Source: Octopus vulgaris (Eukaryota). From it: 64,000 bases of DNA. Each line of letters begins with the position of its first letter. The stretch's first letter is position 1. Position numbers and translations under genes: made by a program. This document shows positions 21,059 to 34,848 of the stretch, in pieces. The DNA lies in contig OX597819.1 of assembly GCA_951406725.2 (NCBI GenBank), positions 134,106,001-134,170,000 of the forward strand. The letters run 5' to 3'. The notes under the pieces are model-generated. The model ran no database searches. It worked only from the letters and a program-made list of their open reading frames with translations, and was not told where the DNA came from.

Positions 21059-22669
21059 ACGTGCGCTATGTTTATTCAGCTGCTACATTGATACATAGAT
21101 ATGCTTAACCATCACAAGGGAAACATCAGAATCACTATCATCTCACTATTGTAGATTTATTTCTGTGATTTTACCTGCACATGAAATTATTATTTATGTT
21201 TATCACAGATATTTATATGAATGTGACATCGAAAAGCACATCAAACATCAGTTCACTATTGTATTTCTATTCGCTGGTGACCAGCAATTCAATCACAACA
21301 GCTAAAAACCTGTATGTGGTTATTGTGTGTGCCTCTGCCGCTCTAACTTTAGAGATAGATTTCAGCTCTGCTGCATCAATAATTCAATTATATTCCACAT
21401 ATCATTTACCGATATATTCTACTTAAAAGTCTGTATAGCTTCCCACGAATACTTTCATCCACATTTCATTCCCCTTATAATAAAACAATCGCTAATCTAT
21501 AGCGCTATATCTTCAAATAACTGCTTTTGGATGAGAGACTCGCTATCAATCTTCAAGAGTTCACTTCCAACGTAACAGGAAAAAAAAAAAACTAACACTG
21601 AACGTTAATTACAAAGCAGTTTTTTTTTTTTAAGATAAAACAAGTCAATGTAACATGGCTATTTACTGACATTTTATTGATTAATGGCAGAGCATAGGTT
21701 CAAGTTTATCTCCCGCTCAACAATAAACACTATCTTAAATCGATACTGATAATCATAAGAGTAATTATGGCAGAAACCATAATTATTGATAACAAAATGA
21801 AGAGTATTTGTAACAAAGAGGCCTATGAAAATAGCCGATCAATAATTCTCATACGTCTAATAATTGGGTCTCACTCGATTGGATGAACAAACCACAAGAA
21901 AAGAGAGATTGTGGCCAAATCAGAAATACTACTATGTTACTAGGTTTGAGTAGAAACACAACTAGCAGCTGGCTGAAGCACATGTACAGACACGTAGATG
22001 TGCGAGCACACACATGCACACATATGCACACACATGCACACGCATACACATGCACACATATACAAACACACACACACATATATATATATAAAGTTTAGTA
22101 TGGGTAAATTTGTATTATAAACAAAATGACTTGATAATTTTATCATGAATACAAGGAGAAAAACATTTGCATATTTTTCAAAATATGCAACCGGTTTCAA
22201 AAGAGACATTTTTTATATAAAAAGAAAATTGCACGCGCACACAAATAAGATAAGTGGCCAGCGGCATATTTTTGACCAATATAGACAAATATAATTATAT
22301 CAAATACCACACAACTAAAAATTATTGATTATTGAAATTACTTCCGCCTCGAGAGGATGTTACAATTACTAAATGACAATTAAGAGCTAATCTATTCAAA
22401 GGGAGAGAATCGCAAATTCATCAATGCTGACACGTCACTAAGAAAAGGAACAACTTGTTTGGTGATAAAACAATGGCGGACACGTATTTCTGCTTCTATA
22501 AACATTGTCAGCAGAACTGTTATAATTTATCTCCAGAAACCAAGGACATAGGTTTATACAAATAATAGACTACATGTATGGCGAAGGTAATTTCTATAAT
22601 TTAAAGAAAAGAGCTAAGAGAAATAACTCAGTATCCAGTGACATGTATAGGAACACCATAAACAAATAC

Positions 22670-23086
22670 ATTATTTACATTTGACAGATGTTTGTACTCA
22701 TCTTGTTCGCTGTTAACACAACGTTTCGGCAGTTATACCCTCCAGCCTTCATCAGGTTTTGGGGGGGAATTTCGAACCCGGGTTCTCATTCCTAAGGTAT
22801 TCTTCCATTTCTCGCCGAGTGTTTTCCGTACACCTAGGGCATTTGTTGTTATTATTATTATTATTATTATTATCATTATTATTATTCAGGTCACTGTTTG
22901 AAATCTAACTCGGAATCTTGAGATTAGTAGCCTGCGCTCTTAACCACTACGCCATATACCTTAGGAATGAGAACCCAGGTTCGAAATTTCCCCAAGACAC
23001 TTGAAGAAGTCTGGAGGGTATATAAGTCGAATCGCTGTGTTAACAACAAACAAGATGAGGACAAATATCCGTCAAATATAAATAAT
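22670..23086 (-). mobile_element. Composite element: tRNA-like Pol III head, (AAT)n and hammerhead-bearing tail, between inverted arms of about 130 bp
   Basis: Arms 22670-22800 and 22957-23086 are inverted copies. On the minus strand: A-box TGGCGTAGTGG (22954-22944), degenerate B-box, AAT tract, then CTGATGA-AGGC..GCC-GAAAC-GTT-GTGTT. Confidence 0.7.
22715..22760 (-). ncRNA. Minimal type-I hammerhead motif (loopless stem III, dimer type)
   Basis: AAAAC-CTGATGA-A-GGC(N14)GCC-GAAAC-GTT-GTGTT. The degenerate partner arm (22996-23042) has stem I GACAC/GTGTT. Confidence 0.65.
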
Positions 23087-23484
23087 TCCTCATCTCTTCA
23101 ATATAGAACTGTAAATACAGGTATGTCACATGCATTTACAACTACTATTATGATCCAACTGCAATCAGAATGAAACCGACATAGAATGAGTTCTATCAAC
23201 GCCTGGACAACTTCCTAGTGACGTCAATGACTAGTTTTGCTAAGAGACTTCAACGCTATTTTGGACGCACGCCAGGATAGCGTAGGCTCGAACGATAGAA
23301 GATGCAACTCATGCCTCGTCGATCTGCTGAAGCGATTTAGGCTGGCAGATCGATGCAGGCTTGATAATCCGAGCGTTCTAATATGGACTTGGAATAATAA
23401 CGACGGATCAATCAGGTCTTATATAGACAGGATAATAGTAAATGCTAGAGATAAGTTTAGTTTTAGCTGTTCACAGTTCACCTA

Positions 23485-24768
23485 CGAGGGGTGTATGAAG
23501 AGTCTTGAACCTCAAAAAAAAAAAAAAAAAAAAACATAGTACAAAACTTCTAATGATTTATTTTTCAACAGCCTCCCTCAGTGGCTGAACACTTTCTCCA
23601 GCGGTGCTGAAGCGCCATTATCCCAGCGTAGAGGAACTCTTTCGTTTGAGACTCCAAGAAACTTCCAACAGCGTCTATGACGTCATTGTCACTGGTAAAA
23701 TGGCGACCAGCCAGGGCTTTTTTCATTTTGGAGAATAGATGAGTCAGAGGGGGCGAATAAGGAGGATAGGGACAAGTCTGTATCCACAATCACGAATTGT
23801 TGCCATGGAAACACCTGAGGTGTGGGCTGGAGCATTGTCGTGATGGAAAAAGACTCTTCTGGTGAGCATTCCCGGCCTTTTTTCTTTGATTGCTTTTCGG
23901 GGGCGTTTCAGTAACTGAGAATAATACAGCCCTGTCACGGTGTGACCCTTTTCAAGGTAATCGATCAGCAAGACACCTTGAGAATAAAAAAAAAACGGAC
24001 GCTATGACCTTGCCAGCTGAAGGAATGACCCTGGCTTTCTTTGGGGTAGGAGATGTGTGCTTCTACTACTTTGATTGTTCTTTGATTTCAGGCTGGAAGT
24101 GATGAACCCAACTTTCGTCCATAGTAATAAAACGAGCAAGAAAATTCTCTTCATCGGTTTGAAACAATTCCATATTGGTCGTGGACAAAGTGCACCTGGT
24201 GCGTTTCTGTTCAAGAGTCAAAAGGTGAGGGACTCACCTTGTAGAAACCTTTGAGAACCCAAGTTCTTTTGTCACAATATTGTCTACGCTTTCGGTTGAG
24301 ATGCCCAATCTCACGGTTATCTGACGGCATGATGTTCGACGATCTTGTATTATCATACCAAGAGCAAGGTCAAGGTTGTCCTCGATGGTAGCAGTTGGAG
24401 GCCTCTCTGGTCTGGGATCATCTTCCACACTCTCCCTGCCACGCTGGAATTCATTTACCCAGCGTTTGACTATTGCATATCAAGGAGCATTGTCTGTCAA
24501 GGTTCTCACCATATCTTCATGGATTTCTGATGGAGTTATGCCTTTCAAGCGAAGGCACTTTATGACAGCACGATACTCAGTTTTCTCCATTTTCCTTGTC
24601 AACTCGACTTGTTTATTCAAAAATCTGCAACAGAAAAAATTAAAATATCATAATCATGAAAATGAGCAAGAATACTCCGAATAGACTGTACTTACCTGAA
24701 AAAAATTGTTTCAGCTACCTAGCAACCCCGTTTCTAGGTTAGGCTCAAAACTTTTCATACACCCCTCG
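23485..24768 (-). mobile_element. Full-length mariner transposon (about 1.28 kb), inactivated
   Basis: TIRs CGAGGGGTGTATGAAGAGTCTTGAACCT and AGGCTCAAAACTTTTCATACACCCCTCG; TA duplication at 23483-84 and 24769-70. Confidence 0.95.
23560..24590 (-). pseudogene. mariner DD34D transposase pseudogene
   Basis: MEKTEYRAVIK.., EDDPRPERP, *VPHLLT, TMDESWVH, HHDNAPAH, PYSP, RWRKC, with several stops and frameshifts. Confidence 0.92.
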
Positions 24769-27327
24769 TATGTACCCTACACGGATCACAAATTAGTAAC
24801 CTTTAGGATACATATAGATAAGGTCCATAGGAATCTGGCTATTGGAAGTTGAACGAGACCCTATTGGATTGCGAAACTTACCATAGCCAGATTAAGGTGT
24901 TAATAATGAGGGCGCTTGGGTCTATTAGATTTAGCAAGCAGTTAAGTCTAGAACAGACTAAAGTAGAAAGGGATTTAGTTAAGGCGTTAGAAGAGGCGCT
25001 GAGGATGGGCTCTGTGCCCCAAGTTTTGGCGGCCATATCGGCCTTGGACCTCAATGCCAAACATGAAGGATGCAGAGTTCGAGCTAAAGTACGTGCACTG
25101 GGTCGCGAAGGTATCAACATTTCCGGCTGGGCTCACTCGGTAGAAACCTAACGTGGCATGAATGCTACGATAAGGTAGGTGGTAAACGAACATGGAAAAG
25201 AGATCCAAGGACAGGAAGAGATGTGCAAGGCCTTTCATGAGCACTTTGCTGCGTTGCTCAGGAAGAGCGGGACGCTGGATCATGGGGATGCCCTACAGGA
25301 TTTCCTGGCCAGTGGCCCGCGTCTCTCGGCGCGTGACGCTGAACGCTGTGAAGGGCCGATCACAACTGAGGAGTTCATAGAGATGCTTTCCGAGTGCCCC
25401 GGAGACAAGTCACCGGGATTGGATGGTCTACCTTACGAATTTTATAAAAGCATGCCAGACTTGTTCGGGAACATACTGGCCGGTGTATACGCGAATTGGC
25501 AGCAGAATGGGAGAATTCCAAAATCTGTGAGCCGAGGAATGGTGACACTGTTCAGGAAGGACCCGAGCAAGGGGGACAACATTAATAATTTTCTGCCCAT
25601 AACCCTGCTAAACACAGTTAATTTTGGCCAAAGTATTAGCCTTGATATCCAGGTGAAGAAAACTGGAGCAAAGTGACGGCCATAACCGAGACCTGGTCTG
25701 GGAGGACGTTATCCTTGCCAGGGAGGGCCGAGGTTGCACAGGTATTTATAGCATCTGTGATAACCTACCGCCTAACCGTCGTGCCTTGCTCCGGTTTGTG
25801 GTTGACCAAGTTGGAATGGATCCTTTTCCACTTTTTGTGGACAGGAAATCACCACTTGTGAGGCACTCCATCTGCCGCCAGAAACTGTTAAAGGGTAGGC
25901 GAGGGATGTTTTCGCTGATGATGCGCAAGTATGCGCTGAGGCTGAGACATCTCTGGCGCTACTTGGATGGTGAGCAGGTGTGGTCACCGCATGTCAAGCT
26001 CCTCTTTCCACAATTGACGTCCCTTCGGGACGTGGGCGCATGGATCAAGCGGAGACCTAGGATGAAAGAATGGCAGAAGGAGTGCAGACAAGGACTCAAT
26101 CTGTTTTTCTGGGCGAGCAATACCGGCAGAAAGGTTTACCACTTCGGGTTTTTATAGAGGGTTGGTAGAGTATGAGTCCGACGGCGTGCTAGGGGAGACT
26201 CTGTTCGGAAGGATATTCGGGCCGATGTATCTGGATAACTTCCAGAAGTCCTTGGCTTGGTTGTGCTTTCGATCGGCCTTGCCGGTTCGAGAGAGGTTGT
26301 CGAGACACGGATTTGACACCTCCCCCACATTCCCGAGGTGCGGGCGCGTCGGTGAAACTATCGCGCACGCCTTCGTACATTGTGAGGAGCTGAGGGAATT
26401 GATAACCTATGTCGAACAACTGATATCGGATGCAGAAAGAGTACGGCTCTCGACTGAGTCCATGATTAAGATCGCACCGCCTCCCTCCTTTAACAAGGAA
26501 AGGAAGGCATCATTTTTTGCGTGGTAGCCATACTGAAAGACACAGTATGGATGAATTGTGCAAAAAGAATTGAGACAGGTCACCTTATTTCCGGACACGG
26601 GTTGGTAAGTTGTTTCAGCTTCCACCTGTTAACAAAGGTACGTCTGGAGAAAAGGTGTCTGCCTCAAAGTGTTCGGAAAAAGATGGACAACTGTAGTAAG
26701 GAAGCTGAGAATGAATGGAGCCGTCCTAGTGTAACTGATCAGAGCGAAAAAGAAGGAAACAAGAACGAAAAATAAAAACCCAAGAACTACATTTTTAACC
26801 ATTATATTTTTACTCGCATTTCCATTTTTCGAATTAATTTTCGATTTATTATTTCTATTTTTCCCAATTTATCATGATTGTAACCCCGGCCCTGTGTAAT
26901 ACTGTCCTTGTTTCGTCCCTGCCCCTGTTCTGTCCTTTCTATGTACGCCCTTATAAGCAAATATAGAAATAATTCAGAAGCAACACAGCTGCGATATAAG
27001 TCACGTCTTTCTATTTAAAATTTTGAAAATCAGTGTAAACTGTGAAACCGGTTAAATCTTAAGAAATAATAATAATAATAATGATATATATAGAGAGAGG
27101 CGGGGTTATGAGAGGTAATTGTGTCAGTGAGACCCAAAGGTGTCAGGTAATGTTGAATAAGTGCTATGGATAGCCCATAGTTAAGTTCCAGGTTCGGTGA
27201 TTATGCGAATAAGGAGTCCAAAGTCAGAGATAGAAAACCAAGACTATTAATGTTCTAAAATCTACACTTGGCTTTCTTTATCTCATTACGGAAAAAAAAT
27301 TATATATATATATACATAATATTGTGT

Positions 27328-27600
27328 ATTAGGGTGATGCAAAAAAAAAGGGGTCAAACATTTTTTTTTCAATTTTCAAGGAGGTACTCCCATATTTTAT
27401 TCATGTTTCTAAGAAAGCATTGTATGCGAAATTTGGCGTTGAAAAAGAGAAAATTAGAAGTTGCTACCAAGCTTTAAAAATAGATGTGAATCAGTTTGTG
27501 CTCAAAAACATTTTGTTGAACTTTTCGCTGGAACCGTTTTAATATGTACCTAGTTAACCTATTTTGAAAAAAATAGCGATGACGTTCTAGGCTATAGTAT
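27328..27600. mobile_element. Possible non-autonomous DNA transposon end fragment
   Basis: TATTAGGGTG..AAAAAA..TTTTTTTCAATTTT terminus-like sequence; no matching second end found. Confidence 0.3.
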
Positions 27601-28101
27601 GTAGTGTGGTACAGTGTATAGAGCGTTAAGGATTTTGTATGTGGAAGTTTCCCCAGCAGGCGTATCATAACCACTTATGTAAGGTTTTTTTTTTGTGACA
27701 TTTTTTCCCCCCTCGGAGTAAACAGTCGGTTATTATTGCCAACCTGACCAGCTGCAAAGAGATCACCAAAAAAAATTTTTTTCTCTCCCTTTTCTTCCTT
27801 TCCTTTTTCTTTAACACTCTTTTCAGATACAAACACACACACACACATGCCCTCTCTCACTCTCTCCCACACACTCAATAACACTATAAAAAGAGTCAAA
27901 ATTCCTGCAAGAACTTAGTTCAATTTGACAACTCCACTAGAATGGACGAAAGTGCTTATATATGATGTATGATATAAGATGTATAAAAACATGTAACATA
28001 CAAATAAATATCTGTAAATATAAAACGATCCGAATTTCTGAGTACCTCATTTCTTCTAATATATGTATATATATAACTGTGTATATATATATATATATAT
28101 A

Positions 28102-28150
<49 letters not shown>

Positions 28151-28154
28151 CTTG

Positions 28155-28335
28155 AGATAGATCGTTAGCCACTACACACATTTTCTTCTCTCCTTGTTTT
28201 TTCTTTTCCCTTTCTGTAGAGGAGTGTAGGCTCGAAACGTAAAATACTTTTTCTATTCCTGAGCGTTATACTAATACATCTGTTTATTTTGTACACCACC
28301 TGTCTTCGTCTTTTGTTTTTTTCGTAAACTCTCCC

Positions 28336-28336
<1 letters not shown>
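28155..28336 (+). mobile_element. Short pLTR-like repeat with variant hammerhead motif between microsatellites
   Basis: CTTT-CTGTAGA-G-GAGT-gtag-GCTC-GAAAC-GTA-AAAT at 28210-28245; homologous to 34190-34372 through to the CTTCGTCTTTTG..GTAAA.TCTC.CTATATA end. Confidence 0.65.
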
Positions 28337-29800
<1,464 letters not shown>

Positions 29801-31847
29801 GTGTATGCGTTGACCCAGGATGACTGCAGTTCAATGATTGAAACAAGCGAAAGATGCATTCCATAAATGTTCTTTCTCCAAATTCCAGTTTTTAATTATT
29901 GTTACTAGATTCTGGCTCCGATAGATCTGAGTGGAAAAAGATAAGTAATTTCTTGGGTAATTCTCAAAGCAAAATCTTGGCCCAGAAATAAACAATTTTT
30001 GTAGTTTGGGGCCAGGGACGGGGATGATTATTTGATAGAAAGCCAAATATTCTTTAATACTCAAACACTGGAATAAACTTCACAGAATATGTTCGACCAT
30101 GAATTAATAATCTCTCTTTAATGTTTAAACTTAATTAAAAATTATGATAGAAATATCCCTGCATAAACTAGAGCAGAAATTTACATAACCGTTCTACGGT
30201 TGTTTGAATATTTTTCAGGAAGAAACGAGAGAAACATTACAGTATGAAAAGTTATTTAACATAACATTGGATAATTATTGATTGCTGCGCATCGTAACTC
30301 ATTAGTTGTTGGCTGGTTTAATCATATTCTCTGTCTAGGAACATAAGAAAAACCCCAAATATTCGTGAAGAGTCTTTTGGCATTTGTTATTTCGACTTCA
30401 AGAAGTGTATGCTGGAATTCAGAGTAGAAGCTGTATCCCACTTCAGTCCATTCTTATTGTAGCCATTCAGCACCACAAACTAACAGAACATTCGTCAATT
30501 ACATAATGACTCAGCTGGTTATCGGCAGCACATTACTCATATCATTAAGTGGAAACGCTGATAATTTATCGACGGGGCTCCTCATTTATCTTGTATTTTA
30601 CTATCGTTGGAAGGAAGAACATCCAAATCGATATCCATTTAGTTTCAATTTACACACAGTTCGCGTGGGACTCGTATGTATCATCTAATCAATATAGTGG
30701 TGAAAAATCAGCCAACTGGTGGCGTCGACGGTTGATGCCGGGTGAGGAGGATGAAGCAGAGAATCGTGGTTCACTCTGCATCAATCTGCTTTCAGTTTAG
30801 ATATCATTGCGCAGTGCTGGAGCCTTGTGTTCTCGGGTCGATATAAGCCTCCAGAATGAAACTTGGTAGATGGAATATTCTACATTCGTAAGGGAAATTT
30901 TAACATATTGTGATGAGCGCCAACGTGGGATAAGGGATTGGTTAGAAATAACAACTACTTATTCTTTCCGCGACATTTTACTGACTTAAAGATGGCATAT
31001 TGGGTAAAGCAGTCTCTTTACGCAGAGAAAAGATAGACAAGATGGAGGCAAACTGCTCGGGATATAATTTGATATCTACTCATTATTGCTGTATGTCTTT
31101 AGAACCCATGAAATTCACCTGGATAAAGCTAGACAGCTTAATGCAGTTGCATAATTAGAAACTGTATTCCTTCAATTAAATTGAAATATTCCTATAATTA
31201 ATTTAAGCAAGGTGTACTTTGTTTCCTGTATTTATTAAAACCATTCTTGACCAATGTCATAGAACACGAGTTTAAAAGTTTGTCTTGGTTCCGGACTGAA
31301 ATCAATCTATTTATGCAGCTAATGTCTTTGAGGCACGAATAGATAATTTATTAATTCATTCATTACCATATAATTATATATTTCCTCTTAAAGTATAAAA
31401 TGAACACACAAGCTTTCACCTCACAGCTTCAAAGTTAATATTAACATTGATAATCTACCAAAGTTCGTGGTGACTAAGTTACTTTACCAAATGTAATAAG
31501 ATTTCACAGAAGGTAATCATGACTATGGTATTGTCCCAAAATAAATAATAGATTGGTATTTTAACACAAGCAATAATAATATTTTAATCACCGATATGAT
31601 AACGGTATTTTCCCAAAGCTAATAATAAAAGAATTTTATACAAAATTATAACAGCGGTTTGTTAGGTTGTGATAAGAATTTTATCCTCGGGTTTGAGCAA
31701 AATTCTTAGAAATATCGACTCGTAATTTCCAAAAATTATATAAAAGCACAGCTTCAGTATCGAGTTCTCAGGAAATTACTTTACATATATATTTCACTGT
31801 TAGAATTGTAATAAAATATTTCAAATGAAAATATTTAGTTTATAGTC

Positions 31848-32062
31848 CTTTCTAACATAGGCACAAGGCCTGGAGTTTGGTGAGGAGTGGGGTTAGTCGA
31901 TTACACCGACCCCATTGCTTGACTAATACTTATTTTATCGATCTTAAAAGAATGAAAGGCAAAGTCGACCACGACTGAAATTGAATTCAGAACGTAAGGA
32001 CGGACGAAATACTGCAAAGCATTTTGTCCGGCGCGCTAACGACTCTGCCAGCTCGCCACCTT
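31848..32062 (-). mobile_element. Family-B SINE on the minus strand
   Basis: Plus strand ends CTGCCAGCTCGCCACCTT and contains ATGAAAGGCAAAGTCGAC. Confidence 0.85.
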
Positions 32063-32073
32063 GATTTCATTTA

Positions 32074-32322
32074 TAACAAGAATACTAAAAACTGAACCCG
32101 ACCGCTCTCAAAAGTTCAGTAAAAAAAACAGGAAAATTGATCCAGAATCCTTGTCCGGTACCAGATCGATCCCGAAATCTAATCAGTTCGTGCCAGTCAC
32201 GAGGCCAAATCTCCCTGAAAGTTTCAACTGAATCTACCCAGCGGCTCTTGAGATATCTTGTCCTCGGACAAACAAACAAACAAACACGGCTGAAACAATA
32301 CCTCCGCCTTGTCGGTACAATT
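32074..32322 (+). mobile_element. Non-autonomous Helentron-associated (DINE-1/HINE-like) element
   Basis: Starts TAACAAG, has a CTAATCAGTTC core and (CAAA)n, and ends AACAATACCTCCGCC..; assignment is by architecture only. Confidence 0.45.
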
Positions 32323-32416
32323 AAATTGCAGGACAAGTATCCTTATACATTTTCTTTTCCGTGTTCGGTCAACTGTTTCATGAACAAACTCTCCTGATCA
32401 CCTCTTTTAACTTGTG

Positions 32417-32471
<55 letters not shown>

Positions 32472-32884
32472 GGACATTGTCGTTCACATATTTATTAATA
32501 CGTACAGACAGGTTTAAATGCAAACTATGCGGTTTATAGTAGCGTACGTCATAAAATAACTTCTATGGCGCACGCTACAGCGACCGGCATGTTTTGTGTC
32601 ATAACCTGTCTAACCGTATTAAGACTAAATAAGTGAATAACCAATCCATTTTTCCCTGTACATGGTACAAATCACGAATATATATGTGTGTGTGTGTGTG
32701 TGACTAATATGCGTACGCTTCTATTTCTTGCCTCGAAGCGTTAAAGACCTTTCCTTTTTTCCAATTTCCTGACCATGAAACTGATACCAACTCTGTGCTC
32801 AATTTTTAACCTTGTCATTGTGTTGGTTCTTCTTCACCTTCACGCTAATATATATACATATCTATCTATCAATCAATCTATATT

Positions 32885-33622
32885 TTGAGTAGACACTTCT
32901 GGGACAGGTAAACCTCTTTTGTGAAAATAGAAATGTTATTTTGTTTTCATCACATTTTAATTAAACATCCCTCTCGATTCGAAAGAATTTCTTTAAGGAG
33001 TAATATTACTACCTGACAAAATATATATATATATATATACAAGTTTTGTTTTTTAAAGAAAACGGCGAATATTTCTATTATATAAATGAAAATAATAATA
33101 CAAACTTGTGTTGCATTTAAAGGCCTTAGTTTAAAAATATGAATATGTTTTCACAAGGTCAGTTTCACACAAAAGACTTAACTGAAAAAGTTTCCTTTTA
33201 GTAAAAAGGTTTCCTGTAAAGTTTAAGAGTATATTTTAGTGCATGTTGTAACCAAAACGTTTTTCGCAGAATGGTAATCACATTTCCTAACCAGTTATGC
33301 TGCCCTCAGATTTTAGTTTCACTTGTTCTTCAGTATATTTTTAGCCCAAGAAATTGAAAAAAAAACATGGGATTAATTTGATACAGCCATGTCATTTCCA
33401 TCATGTGACGCTGTTGTTATTTAGTGCGTATTATGTCGACGCTTATGTTCTTTTGACAAATGCTTATCTTGGTTAATATTTTCAGAAAGATATTCCACTC
33501 CTTACCCAGGATAAATTCTTTCGAATCAAGAGATGCATGTTTAATTAAAATGTGATGAAAACAAAATAACAGAATTCTGTTTTCAGAAATGAGGTTTACT
33601 TGTCCCATAAGTGTCTACTCAA
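32885..33622. mobile_element. MITE with imperfect TIRs of about 115 bp
   Basis: TTGAGTAGACACTT.TGGGACA.GTAAACCTC..TTATTTTGTTTTCATCACATTTTAATTAAACAT at the left, with its reverse complement ending AGTGTCTACTCAA at the right. Confidence 0.8.
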
Positions 33623-33789
33623 TCCTTTAATGCAGTTATTGATGTTATTATTGTTACAGGTATAGGTATGATTGTTCCGGTTTTCATCAACCGAAATCTA
33701 GTGAAATGATTTATCAAACCTAGCTTAAATTTGCTACTCTAATTACGTATTCTAAATTGTGTGTGTGGAAAAGTGGAGGATGAAAATAG

Positions 33790-34372
33790 AGATGGCTGCT
33801 CAGATGTGTGTGGGAGGAAGATGACCAACGCAGACTGGTGCTTCATACAGTTCTTTTTTGTTGTTTATGGCTGCTCTCAATTTGTTGGTGAGGAAAGTCT
33901 TCCTGGTTCTGATATTGCTTCTGTTAAGTTGTGTGGCCTTGCTACATATACCCTGATAAGGAGGGCCTCCATGATTGAGATTGCCTTTGTTGTGCTGAGT
34001 TACCCTAGTGGATAGATCCAGGATTTCAGAAAACTGGGGTGAGCAATAAAAAGAAACGAAATGAATCTGCTTGAAGCTGACTGATAACCATAGCAACATT
34101 ATTCTGCGCGTGTCGCCTTCTTCCCCAACACATCTGAGTAACCTTTCTTTTTTTTTTTTTTTGTAGTTTACTTTATACTTTCTTGCAATGTTTGGGCTTT
34201 AGCCAACTCTTCCCTTCAATATAAATGTTTCTCTTCCTGTTTATTGCTGTGTTCCTTTCTGTTGAAGAGCGAAGGCTCGAAACATAAATCATTCTCACCT
34301 CCCGAGCGTTAAACGAATAAATCGTTTTGGTGTTCTTCGTCTTTTGCTTTTTTTTTTTGTAAATTCTCACTA
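33790..34372. mobile_element. Penelope-like element remnant: GIY-YIG C-terminus on minus, with an inverted pLTR-like segment
   Basis: Minus strand, frameshifted: FSEILD..IMEALLIR..QLNR. 33795-33835 is inverted relative to 34104-34143. Hammerhead variant on plus at 34255-34290. Confidence 0.55.
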
Positions 34373-34502
34373 TATATATGTATATATGCATGTATGTGTA
34401 TATATGTATGTATATGTATGTGTATATATGTATGTATGTGTATATATGTATGTATATGTATGTGTATATATGTGTATGTATATATATATGTGTATGTATA
34501 TA
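34372..34502. repeat. (TA)/(TATG) compound microsatellite
   Basis: Directly visible. Confidence 0.9.
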
Positions 34503-34666
34503 AAGTGATGGTATGTTGCCAACTTAATGTGACAGTCCCATGAAAGGGAAGAATGCTACTGCTATTTAACCTAAGAAACACCGTGTCCAGCTGGCCATGT
34601 GACACATTTCCTGTGTCCTTAAGTTTTGAAAGGAGATAAGCACCTTCACCCAGCAAAGCCAGCTTC

Positions 34667-34705
34667 CAGAGACTAGTTTCAAAGTCATTACACATCATCA
34701 GTCTG
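34667..34705 (-). ncRNA. Minimal type-I hammerhead motif
   Basis: CAGA-CTGATGA-tgtgtaatgacttt-GAAAC-TA-GTC-TCTG: perfect core, 4-bp stem I, palindromic stem III (ACTAGT), weak stem II. Confidence 0.6.
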
Positions 34706-34848
34706 CAGTGGCATGGCTTGCTGGCCGTCGATGCTTATTCGCCTCTGAAAACATATCTTTCATGCGTAATACATTCACTGATTCCGAAAATAGAAATAAT
34801 GCATTTCTAAATCTCTGAGTCATTTAGTTATGTAATATTACTATTGAG

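Larger units (their letters stand above)
23145..26971 (+). mobile_element. Decayed Tx1-clade (L1 group) LINE, internally deleted in RT and interrupted by a mariner
   Basis: RDFNAILD, WTW..SYIDRI, TDHKLV and YWKLNETLL (APE); KSPGLDGLPYEFY and PITLLNT; WSGRTLSLPGRA; FQKSLAW..LPVRERL..PRCGRVGETIAHAFVHC (zf-RVT); pyrimidine-rich 3' UTR. Confidence 0.85.

Noticed and set aside
22886-22957. Functional tRNA gene
   Set aside because: The B-box is degenerate and no acceptor stem forms; treated as a SINE-like head.
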